From a virus (taxonomy: Duplodnaviria; Caudoviricetes), in the IMG/VR virus record IMGVR_UViG_3300044641_000792, positions 1-58,442 of that record: a stretch of DNA of 58,442 nt; one strand, 5' to 3'. This document shows positions 36,388-45,315 of the stretch, piece by piece. How positions within the stretch are numbered: position 1 is the stretch's first letter; every line of letters starts with the position of its first letter. The notes beneath the pieces are model-generated. The model saw nothing but the letters and a program-made list of their open reading frames with translations, had not been told where the DNA came from and ran no database searches. The translations under genes and the position numbers were made by a program.

Positions 36388-36807
36388 GTGAAAACATCCA
36401 ACTTTGAGGCGGTCAAGGTCGCCCTTAAGCAGGACAAATCAGGATTCGTTCTTACTTTGTCCATACATCCAGACGAGGTACCGGAGGAAATCCTCCGTGA
36501 CTTCGTGGGTGCTAGATATCAAGTGGTCATGGTCAGGCTTAACTCTGACGAACGACCCATGAACAGGGAGCAAGATCACGGGCACGACCCCGTTCGCATG
36601 GCGGGGATGCTATGCCGTGAGCTAGCTTTCCACAAGTTCCTCTGCGACGGAGGCCATATCTTTATGGCTAACGAAGAAGAGGCCACCGACTGGCTCAAAG
36701 AATACCTAAGTGTAGAGTCCAGAACAGAGATCAAAGACAACGCGAACGCTCAACAAAAGCTACGCGGCTTATATCAGGAGTTTCAATCATGGAAGACAAC
36801 CGCCTAG
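36388..36807 (+). CDS. Hypothetical protein
   Basis: FEAVKVALKQDKSGFVLTLSIHPDEVP. Confidence 0.6.
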   Translation: MKTSNFEAVKVALKQDKSGFVLTLSIHPDEVPEEILRDFVGARYQVVMVRLNSDERPMNREQDHGHDPVRMAGMLCRELAFHKFLCDGGHIFMANEEEATDWLKEYLSVESRTEIKDNANAQQKLRGLYQEFQSWKTTA

Positions 36808-37109
36808 TCCCTTACTCGGTGCACCTTAAACGAGAGGTGTACGACAAACTAAAGCTCGCCGCCGGTCAGAGGAAAGCTTCTGCCCTAGTGCGCGATGCCA
36901 TTACGATGATCGTCGAGGGAGATGACGAGTTCAATGGCGGATACAACAAGGGTATCCGCGATGCAATGAGTTTGATTGAGAGTGATCTAATAGCCAGTCG
37001 GCTTAGCATTGACGACACAACTGTCTCCATCCATCTATGCAATCAGCTAGAAGGCATGATCGTTAACCAAAATGTGAAGGGGAAGAAAAATGGCAAAGCG
37101 AAAACCTGA
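36789..37109 (+). CDS. Possible ribbon-helix-helix DNA-binding protein
   Basis: YSVHLKREVYDKLKLAA...SALVRDAI. Confidence 0.5.
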   Translation: MEDNRLVPYSVHLKREVYDKLKLAAGQRKASALVRDAITMIVEGDDEFNGGYNKGIRDAMSLIESDLIASRLSIDDTTVSIHLCNQLEGMIVNQNVKGKKNGKAKT

Positions 37110-37287
37110 AGGCGTGGAAGGGCTCATTAAAGTTGAGGACGTTGATCTACAACAGATGACGCTAAGAGACTTCTTTGTTGCATTCTCCCTGCTTAATATG
37201 ATCTCTGGAGATAGCCCAGAGCAAGATGCCCAACGTGCCTATGACAGGGCTGATGCGCTAATGCGCGAGAGGTCTGCTAGATTGTGA
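37090..37287 (+). CDS. Hypothetical protein (MTLRDFF...AYDRADALM family)
   Basis: Common phage motif. Confidence 0.6.
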   Translation: MAKRKPEGVEGLIKVEDVDLQQMTLRDFFVAFSLLNMISGDSPEQDAQRAYDRADALMRERSARL

Positions 37288-37559
37288 ACAATAAGCTAAC
37301 CGCCAAGCAACGTTTGCACATAGCCCGCGTTAAGGCTTTGCCTTGCTCAGTCTGTGACGAACCAGGCCCCAGTGCGGCTCACCACGTAAAGCAACATCAG
37401 CAATATACTGTCGTGGCTTTGTGTACGAGCTGTCACCAAGGGCCGGTCTTGGGCTGGCACGGGCAGAAACGGATGTGGGCTATCAAGAAGATGGACGAGC
37501 TTGATGCCCTAGCAATCACCATAGAGAGACTACTGGATGAACCCTTACAAGATAGATGA
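37284..37559 (+). CDS. Ref-like/HNH Zn-finger nuclease
   Basis: LPCSVC...AHHV...ALCTSCHQG...GWHG. Confidence 0.7.
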   Translation: MNNKLTAKQRLHIARVKALPCSVCDEPGPSAAHHVKQHQQYTVVALCTSCHQGPVLGWHGQKRMWAIKKMDELDALAITIERLLDEPLQDR

Positions 37560-38328
37560 ACCTACTGTCATCAGCTTCTCCGGCGGTAGAACGTCGGGGT
37601 ATATGTTGTGGAAGGTTCTCCAGTATTACGAGGGCACACTACCAGAGGATGCCGTGGTCTGCTTCTGCAACACTGGCAAAGAAGATGATGTCACCCTACA
37701 GTTTGTCCATGATTGCGAGACTAACTGGAATGTAAAGATCCACTGGTTAGAGTATCAGCCTGAAGACCCAAAGTTTAAGGAGGTTACGTTTGAGACTGCC
37801 AGTCGCAACGGCGAACCCTTTGATGCCCTGACCACCAAGAGGAAGTACCTGCCCAATCCGGTGGCTAGGTTCTGTACGTCCGAGCTAAAGATCCTGACCA
37901 TTGAAAGGTTCCTTAAGTCCAAAGGTTATCCTGAGTTTGAAACAATGGTGGGGATTAGAGCTGATGAGAAGCGGCGAGCGGCCAAGATGAAAGACGGCAA
38001 ACTCTTGCCGCTTATCCATGACAACGTTTACCAAGAGACTGTCCAAGACTTTTGGAGAAGCAACTCCTTTGACCTTGGCCTTAGCTTCAGGGACGGCGTA
38101 ACGCCCCTTGGGAATTGCGATCTATGCTTCCTCAAAGGGCCGAACCAAATCCTATCTTTAATCGCTCAGAAGCCCGATAGAGCCGTCTGGTGGGCAGAGC
38201 AGGAGAAGAAGATCAACGGCACATTCAGGAACGACCGGCCATCCTACGCCGACATGATGAAGTTCTCTATCCAGCAGACGGATATGTTTGACAACGAAGG
38301 TGGCATCTCCTGCTTCTGCGGAGACTAG
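37537..38328 (+). CDS. PAPS reductase-family protein
   Basis: ISFSGGRTSG PP-loop, FCNTGKE, RFCTSELK, GIRADE..R, NCDLCFLK. Confidence 0.8.
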   Translation: MNPYKIDEPTVISFSGGRTSGYMLWKVLQYYEGTLPEDAVVCFCNTGKEDDVTLQFVHDCETNWNVKIHWLEYQPEDPKFKEVTFETASRNGEPFDALTTKRKYLPNPVARFCTSELKILTIERFLKSKGYPEFETMVGIRADEKRRAAKMKDGKLLPLIHDNVYQETVQDFWRSNSFDLGLSFRDGVTPLGNCDLCFLKGPNQILSLIAQKPDRAVWWAEQEKKINGTFRNDRPSYADMMKFSIQQTDMFDNEGGISCFCGD

Positions 38329-38364
38329 GGTTTATACCTACGGGTGTCACAACGTTGCGACACC
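38327..38364. repeat. Copy 2 of the dispersed motif; palindrome between convergent genes
   Basis: AGGGTTTATACCTACGGGTGTCACAACGTTGCGACACC. Confidence 0.75.
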
Positions 38365-41300
38365 TTAAACCTGAGCCATCTTCCGTAGTTCTTTTACATT
38401 GATTGTCTTGAGGATCTCGCGCTCAGTTTCCCGTAGCTCTTTGATTGCCTCTTGCTTTTCAGCAGAACTCATCTCAGAAGATGGCCGGTTTGTAATGTAG
38501 GTAATAGCCTTGCGAACCTTGCCAAGCTGATCGGTTATCTTATTGACACCCTTAGCCAGTCCATACCTAGCCATCTTCTCCTCTGAAGATAGGTACTCCT
38601 CTATCTTCTCTGGGCTTGTGGTCTTCAGGTCTGACACCGTGGCGGCGACCTTGGCTACTTCATCCCTCAGAACATAGAAGTCATTCTTAAGTCCTGACTC
38701 ATACTCTCTGGAGATAAAGCCGCTGGTTCCTGGCAACGTGGCCATAGCATCACGTAAGCTCAGGCTTGGGCGGTCAACGTTGGGGTCGCTATGTAGGACA
38801 GGGTTAGTCATGTAGATAACCAAGCCGCCAGCAGAGCCAAACATACCGCGTATCAAGTGATCGACCGCGATAGGTGACACCAGACCAGTCGCGCCAAGTA
38901 GCTTTGCAATCTCAGAAGTTGTATCGCTAAACTGCTGGGCGGTTTCTTTCTTCTTCTCAAACTCACCAATCAGTGGGCGACCAGAGAAGAAATTGTAGTT
39001 AATACCCACCTCAACCAACGGCTTGATAGCTTGTGGCACAACAGTCGGGCTAAGCAGGGCGGAACCCAGCGCGGCTTTGATAGAGTCCCTGAACTTACGG
39101 CCATCCTCATAACCTTGGTCTGTGAGCAACAGGTATGTGTGCTCAGTGATAATTTTAGGCAGAGTAAATAGATCAGCACGTAAAGGTATGCTTAAACCAC
39201 CGGTGCCTGGAATCATCAGCAGGCGATCACGCACCACGGCAGGCTTGTTCTCGTAGTCCTCATCGTCCCCGTTCAACATTACATACAAGAGGGATAGAGT
39301 CATTACTGAGCCAGTCGTGGCGATCAGTGTCTTGAAAGCATTCTCTCTCTCGGTAGGAGAGGAGCCAACGCCGGTGATAGTTTTATACGCCACGTTCTGG
39401 GCGGCAAGGTAGGCATTAAAGAATGGAATGACCTGACCAGCCAAGGCTAGCGTCTTACTGCTACCCTTGCGACGTACATTCCAAATCTCAAACGCTTTCT
39501 CTAAAGCTTCAGCTTCGCTCAGACCTTGATCTATAGAAGCTGTATACACCGCCTGACGGACGGCATTGTCAGATGCCATAGCAATGTGGGAGAGAAGATC
39601 TTTTGTTCTACCCAACACACCAGGCTTAGCTTTAAAGCCCGCATAGACCTCCGCATCAAGGCGAACCATCTCGGCAGTGAAGTCTCTTACACCCACGACA
39701 CCATACTTCTTAAGATTCTCATGCGTCTGGCTTTGCTTAAATAGCGTAGTAAGAAACTCTTTAGCGGCGCGAGCGGGGATGGTCAGTGCGTACCTAGGCT
39801 TAAGCCCAGAGGTAAACATGGCGGCAAAGGAGTCCTGCGGTAACTGGGACACAGAGAACAATGGGTACAAAACCACAGTCTGACGAAGCCAGTTAGACAA
39901 CTCAGACATCCACTTCCACGATGGAATGACGATGGCTTCTAAGCCATTGAACGCTTCCATGTACATGGGGTCTTCCATGCTGTACTCAACTTGCTTGCCG
40001 TTCTTCCAGACCTTAGCAACGTTTACTCTCTCAACCTTCGGTGTTAAGAGATACTTTGTGTTGCCGTCCTCATCTTCAAAGTCAACAACCTCAAAGCCGT
40101 CAAGCTCTTTGTTCGCAATACCGGCTTGCTTGAGTGAGTCAAATGGTTTGGCACCGCTAGAAATCTTGCCAACTATTGGCTGTTTGTTTGCGTCTACACC
40201 AGTGATTCCTAGGTTCTCTTTGTTCTTTACGTCTTTAATCTTTATGGCGGCACCGACCTCTTCGGCGGCATCAGCCAATGCGACGGCAGACTTGTTCCGC
40301 ACGGCACGGTTCACTGAGTATTGAGTCCAGCGAATCATGTTGTCAAAGATGTCATTGACAGGCTTGTCTGATCCTTTGAGCTTTTTCTCTTTAGCCTGAA
40401 CCATCAGACCACGGATGTATTCCTTCGGGCCTTTGCCTTCTTCAAGTTGCTCCTCGCGGAAGAACGGAACGTAGTCGGCGTTGTCCAGTAAGAACTCGGC
40501 CTCTTCTTCCGTCCACAGTCCAGAGTCAACCAGAATCCTAGAGGTGTTTGCACGAATAGAATTCCAAGTCTTTACCGCCGCATTCAACTCAGGCATCACA
40601 GCGAACAAGGACATACCTGCGGCAATCTGATCCTCAACACTTAGATCGCTTTCGCCGTTGATCTTATGAATAAACTTCTTTTCTTTTAGGCGGTTAGAAG
40701 CTTTCTCACTCAGGGCGCTAGATGCTACTGGCTTGCTTGAACGAATGGAGGCGGCCTCGGCCTTCATCGCGGCGACCTCGCGGTCAATCTGATTGTTGAA
40801 CTCAACCATTGACTTAAGACGCTTAGCTTCAAAAGCCGTGTGAGCAATGACCTCTGCCTCTGCCTTTGTCTTGCCGTACTTCTCTGCTATGACATCAATG
40901 TCTTTGGATAGCTGGATGAAGTTGGCATCGTCATTAAAAGCTTCCCACTTATGAAGCTCTCGGTTGTACTTTAAATTTCCCAAAGTAATGAACAAGCTAG
41001 CAAGCGCATCGGCGTGGACAGTCTGACTGATACTTGTATTAAGCAGAGTACCAATCTTATCTTTGGCGGCCATCGTGGAATCATAGATGGCACGGCGGAT
41101 CCGGTTGTTCAGGGCGGCATCGCTAGAGAACGCCATGGTCTGAACCTTATCCAAGAAAGTGGTGACAGACTTACCCGCCTCTTCAGCTGTAAGCTTTGGA
41201 TTGTCTTTGACATTATCCCAAGACTGACGAACCTTAGCCCTGTAGCTGGGCTCAGGCGGCTTAACCTTGCGACCCAGTTGAGCCATTATGCTGTCTGCAT

Positions 41301-44300
41301 CTTTAGATGGCGTACCCTCTTGATTGGCAAACAACTCCTGAACTTTTTTAGAGAACAAACTTTGTTGTACGCCAGTGGTAGCCTTCTTTTTACCAGGCCC
41401 AAAAGAGTAGCCCTGCCTCTCTATGCCCTCAGAAATCTCTTCAATATCCACAGAGAGAAGCTCATCTGTCGTCCTGACTAAGCGGTCTAATGCACTCTCG
41501 TAAGGAGGAGCAACGCCCAGAATCTTACGAATCAATTCAATAAGCTTACTGAAAACAGTACCTTCTCCGACCTTGATGCCGGACATATACTTTTGCATCC
41601 GCTCATCAGTAATACCCCAAGAGACTAACTCATCATCATTTCTAAAGGCATTGTTTTTTCTGTCGTAATAATCTTTAGCAATACCAGACAGGGTGCCATT
41701 CTTAAAATCCTTTTGGTAATGTGCAATGACTTGATTAAACAAAAGCCTAATCTCTTTGACCATCGGATCACTGGCCTGTAAGAAGTGCAACTGACCACGG
41801 GTGGCTACGTGCAACAACTCATGCAAGATTGTGCGGTACTCAACTCCAGGAGGATAGCCGTCTTGGTTTTTAAATACCGTTGGGCCATTTAAAACAATAC
41901 GGATAGTTGTATCTTCGCCCTTAGATTTATCACCCCAGATAAAACTAGCCACACCTCTGGCATTTCTCATTGGCAGTGCGGGTGTATTTGGGCGGGTATC
42001 TCCAGTCAAAACATCAAACCCAAAGCGAACCCCCTTGGCTTCCATCTGTTTGATGCGGGCGTAAACCTTCTGAGCAAAGTATTTTGCTACAGCGTTAGGA
42101 GCATTGTCTATTGCCCACTTTGATACCTCAACCAAAGTCTTACCTTTGATTTGTTTGGCAATCTCTAAGTTTTCTTTGGTATTGTTAAAGCCTAGGGTTG
42201 AACCTTCTGCTGAGTATAGGAAGTCTTCCTTTGGTGCGTACTCTACATCTTTGGCAAGGATAAAGTTACCAACTTGAATTAACTCAGAAGCCTTTACCAC
42301 AGGCTCACCAGTTACGCGGTCGTAGAAGTAACCTCGTTGCGCAGGATTAACATTGACTTGTGTCCAAGCGGGGTCATTGCCTAAACGTTTAACTTCTGCA
42401 AAAGCTTGCTCCGGCGTAATAGGAACCCACGTTCCCTCTGCGGTTTGAAGTCGCTCTTTAACTGGGTTAATACCCATGTTCAAGCCTTTCTCCTGATCGC
42501 GAGGAGCAAAGAACACATCTTTAATGCGGGCTACGCTTGCGTAAGAGATAAGACTACCGGCAGATGAATACGCTTCGCCAGTCTTTGGATTGTTATTGGC
42601 TTTGCCCTCGTGGATGGATACCACGTTAGCCCCTGCTTCGCGAGCGGGCAAGTCCATACGCAAGCCTACTCGCGTACCCTCTTTAATAGGAGCATTCAAC
42701 ACGCCTCTACCACCACCGCGTAGTGCGGCTTCCATCTGCTCATTACTAGCAGGAGGCTGTAGCTTTTGTATGTCTACGTCTTTGATGGGCGTGTAGTAAT
42801 CAACGTACTTTGTAAACTCCTCACGGCTCATTGTTCCTTCTTGGAACTTTTTACCTGCGGCTTGAACCTGTAGGTTTCTACCCTTGCTGGGTTTGATTCC
42901 AGTTGTATCTAGCTCTGGTGGCTTTACCTTTGCGGATGTAGTAAAGATGTCCTTCTGCCCACGGGCGGCGGCCTCGTCAGCCTCACGGTCACTGCCGGTT
43001 AGGGTAAAGTCAGCCTTAGCCGCATCAGCTTTGGCTTTGTCTTCCTTGGCCTTCTCTTCATCTTTGCGTTGCTTCTCCGCTTTGGCGGCGGCCTCTTGTT
43101 TGTCAATGATGTCTTGAGGCGTAGGACTGGTTAGCCCTTCTGCCGGAGTAGCATCTTTTCCTTCGCGTTCTGGAGTAACTCTAGTCTCGCTTTCGGCGGG
43201 AGCTTCCTCAGTTGCTCTATCAATTTCTGCTTGTTCATCGGTTGCTTTTTGGATTTCAAGATTGACCTCCTTTAATGTTAAAAACTCACGGATAGCTTTC
43301 TCTAGCTCATCCACGGTGTTATCTAAATTTTGGATAGCCATAGTGGTATCAAAGGTGTAGTAGTTCTGTCTACGTACCTTCTCTTTGATGTACTCGACCG
43401 ACTCTTGCTCATCATAGAACTCTGACATTGGCCTCATACGTGGAGGCAAGAAGTCATCAAGCTTGCTATCGGATACTAAGGAGGACATATCTGTGCCGCC
43501 TACTCCGCCCTTCTTTTGCAATGACTTGAACATTAAGCCTGGCCCAATGTCTTCTACTTCTTCGGGCGTAAGTTTTCCGCGCAGGGCAGTCCACAAGCTC
43601 AGACCCTTGTCCTTGCCTTGAGTAAAGCGCCTACGTGACTTCTCCGCTCTATCCAAATCTTTCTGTAAGTCTGTAATTTCCTCAAGCTGGGGAGCGGGCT
43701 CGCCCACAATAGGTGTAGCTTCAACAAAAGGAGGAGCCTCTTCTAGGATAGCAGGCGTAATGGGAGGAGTTATATCCTCTTCAGTCTGAGTCTCCAGCTT
43801 GGCGGCGGCAATAGCATCTTCTTCAGGCTTGACCTCTTGCTCATAGATCTTCATAAACCCCTGCTCAAGAATAGCAATGGTTTCTTCTAAATCGGCCTTC
43901 TCTTTAACAATCCTAGCTCTGGCTTCCAAGATAACTGGATTGGTGTTTGCGTCAACACGTTGCTCCAAGTCTTTTATCTGTGTGTTGTACTGCTTAAGCT
44001 TAGCCTTCTCAGCATCAAGGCGGTTCTTCTCCACGATGGCGGCCAAAGGATCTACTGGAGCGCCAAGCAAAGAACGCTCATAACCAACCTCGGCAGGCTT
44101 CATCTCAGAGATGGGACTAACGGCCTCTTTCTCAACAGGCTGAGGAGCATACTGATCTTCAAACTTCTTTTTATCGTATGCGTCCAACTCTTCTTGAGTG
44201 TTAGCCACAGAGCCATCAGGCAAGATCCTAGGAGTAAAAGGCTCTGACATTCCAATTGCCAAAGGCTCTGCTGGGGCAACTGGGGCAACCGGAGCAGGCT

Positions 44301-45306
44301 CTGGGGCAACAGGTGCTTGCGCCGCAGGAGGCGTTACAACTGGAGGAGGTGTAGGTCTGCCGGACAGGGCGGCAATAGGAGCGGCACCTAATGCACCAGC
44401 CAATGCTTCACCCGTTGCGGCACCAGCCACACCAGAGAACGTATCCACATCAAACCCACCACGTTGGAGCGCAATGTTCTGAGCCAGTCTTTCTTGGCCG
44501 CCTTGTACACCTTCTGGGATAGATTCTTTTACGACAGTCTCGCCAACTCGTCTAGCCAAACCAGGAGCCGCGCCAGCACGACCTGCGGGTGTTAAGAACT
44601 TCTCAACACCAGAGGTACCAGCAAGGCGGCCTAACGCTCCGCCAAGAGCAATCTGTTCAAAGTTAGTGCCAAAGTAATTCTGTGCAGAGTCAGCCTTCTG
44701 CTTTGCAATATCAGGGCTAGTACCGGCATCAACCTCTGCCTGATACACGCCATCATAGATAGAGCCCTTTACCGCACCTAGACCTTGGGCAGTAGCAATA
44801 CTCGCAGGAGCCTTCTCTGCAACGGCGGCAATCGCTCTAACGGCACCAGGGCCTAAGCGCATAGCGGCGGCAACAGGGGCGGCAAACATTGCGGGCAAGT
44901 AAGGAACAAACGATCCAATTGCTTGTGCGGCAGTTTGTAGAGGAGCTTCCAGTACGTTTTGTCCAGCCGCCTTAACCTCTTGCAAGAAGCTTCCGCTCTG
45001 CTCTGCGGCCTTCATGCGCTCGGCTTGACGTTGCATCTCAGCCTGACGCTCAGGGGTCATGCCCGTTTGCAAACCTTGTATGCCTTGAGATAGCTTGGAG
45101 GATGCAATATTCTCTGCACCAGCTACATCAGTTAAAGCTTTAGTGCTACCTAAAGCGCCAATGCCAAATGATGCGCCAAGATCCCCCAAGGAGAATCCTG
45201 CTGGGCCAGTAGGCTTTTTACCAAACAGGTCAGCGCTAAGATCTCGACCTTTAGATTTATCCCCTTCGGGGCCAAATAGCTCCGAACTTAGATCGCGTCC
45301 AGCCAT
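38365..45306 (-). CDS. Large polyvalent/ejection protein (zincin HExxH domain, C-terminal LPD38-like region)
   Basis: 2313 aa; RTILHELLHVAT; C-terminal IPFFNAY...PLVEVGINYNFFSGRPL...SPIAVDHLIRG. Confidence 0.7.
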   Translation of the reverse strand: MAGRDLSSELFGPEGDKSKGRDLSADLFGKKPTGPAGFSLGDLGASFGIGALGSTKALTDVAGAENIASSKLSQGIQGLQTGMTPERQAEMQRQAERMKAAEQSGSFLQEVKAAGQNVLEAPLQTAAQAIGSFVPYLPAMFAAPVAAAMRLGPGAVRAIAAVAEKAPASIATAQGLGAVKGSIYDGVYQAEVDAGTSPDIAKQKADSAQNYFGTNFEQIALGGALGRLAGTSGVEKFLTPAGRAGAAPGLARRVGETVVKESIPEGVQGGQERLAQNIALQRGGFDVDTFSGVAGAATGEALAGALGAAPIAALSGRPTPPPVVTPPAAQAPVAPEPAPVAPVAPAEPLAIGMSEPFTPRILPDGSVANTQEELDAYDKKKFEDQYAPQPVEKEAVSPISEMKPAEVGYERSLLGAPVDPLAAIVEKNRLDAEKAKLKQYNTQIKDLEQRVDANTNPVILEARARIVKEKADLEETIAILEQGFMKIYEQEVKPEEDAIAAAKLETQTEEDITPPITPAILEEAPPFVEATPIVGEPAPQLEEITDLQKDLDRAEKSRRRFTQGKDKGLSLWTALRGKLTPEEVEDIGPGLMFKSLQKKGGVGGTDMSSLVSDSKLDDFLPPRMRPMSEFYDEQESVEYIKEKVRRQNYYTFDTTMAIQNLDNTVDELEKAIREFLTLKEVNLEIQKATDEQAEIDRATEEAPAESETRVTPEREGKDATPAEGLTSPTPQDIIDKQEAAAKAEKQRKDEEKAKEDKAKADAAKADFTLTGSDREADEAAARGQKDIFTTSAKVKPPELDTTGIKPSKGRNLQVQAAGKKFQEGTMSREEFTKYVDYYTPIKDVDIQKLQPPASNEQMEAALRGGGRGVLNAPIKEGTRVGLRMDLPAREAGANVVSIHEGKANNNPKTGEAYSSAGSLISYASVARIKDVFFAPRDQEKGLNMGINPVKERLQTAEGTWVPITPEQAFAEVKRLGNDPAWTQVNVNPAQRGYFYDRVTGEPVVKASELIQVGNFILAKDVEYAPKEDFLYSAEGSTLGFNNTKENLEIAKQIKGKTLVEVSKWAIDNAPNAVAKYFAQKVYARIKQMEAKGVRFGFDVLTGDTRPNTPALPMRNARGVASFIWGDKSKGEDTTIRIVLNGPTVFKNQDGYPPGVEYRTILHELLHVATRGQLHFLQASDPMVKEIRLLFNQVIAHYQKDFKNGTLSGIAKDYYDRKNNAFRNDDELVSWGITDERMQKYMSGIKVGEGTVFSKLIELIRKILGVAPPYESALDRLVRTTDELLSVDIEEISEGIERQGYSFGPGKKKATTGVQQSLFSKKVQELFANQEGTPSKDADSIMAQLGRKVKPPEPSYRAKVRQSWDNVKDNPKLTAEEAGKSVTTFLDKVQTMAFSSDAALNNRIRRAIYDSTMAAKDKIGTLLNTSISQTVHADALASLFITLGNLKYNRELHKWEAFNDDANFIQLSKDIDVIAEKYGKTKAEAEVIAHTAFEAKRLKSMVEFNNQIDREVAAMKAEAASIRSSKPVASSALSEKASNRLKEKKFIHKINGESDLSVEDQIAAGMSLFAVMPELNAAVKTWNSIRANTSRILVDSGLWTEEEAEFLLDNADYVPFFREEQLEEGKGPKEYIRGLMVQAKEKKLKGSDKPVNDIFDNMIRWTQYSVNRAVRNKSAVALADAAEEVGAAIKIKDVKNKENLGITGVDANKQPIVGKISSGAKPFDSLKQAGIANKELDGFEVVDFEDEDGNTKYLLTPKVERVNVAKVWKNGKQVEYSMEDPMYMEAFNGLEAIVIPSWKWMSELSNWLRQTVVLYPLFSVSQLPQDSFAAMFTSGLKPRYALTIPARAAKEFLTTLFKQSQTHENLKKYGVVGVRDFTAEMVRLDAEVYAGFKAKPGVLGRTKDLLSHIAMASDNAVRQAVYTASIDQGLSEAEALEKAFEIWNVRRKGSSKTLALAGQVIPFFNAYLAAQNVAYKTITGVGSSPTERENAFKTLIATTGSVMTLSLLYVMLNGDDEDYENKPAVVRDRLLMIPGTGGLSIPLRADLFTLPKIITEHTYLLLTDQGYEDGRKFRDSIKAALGSALLSPTVVPQAIKPLVEVGINYNFFSGRPLIGEFEKKKETAQQFSDTTSEIAKLLGATGLVSPIAVDHLIRGMFGSAGGLVIYMTNPVLHSDPNVDRPSLSLRDAMATLPGTSGFISREYESGLKNDFYVLRDEVAKVAATVSDLKTTSPEKIEEYLSSEEKMARYGLAKGVNKITDQLGKVRKAITYITNRPSSEMSSAEKQEAIKELRETEREILKTINVKELRKMAQV

Positions 45307-45315
45307 GACTATTCC

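Noticed and set aside
19636-38328. Integrase, CI repressor, DNA polymerase or reverse transcriptase (DGR/retron)
   Set aside because: No diagnostic motifs recognised in any ORF.
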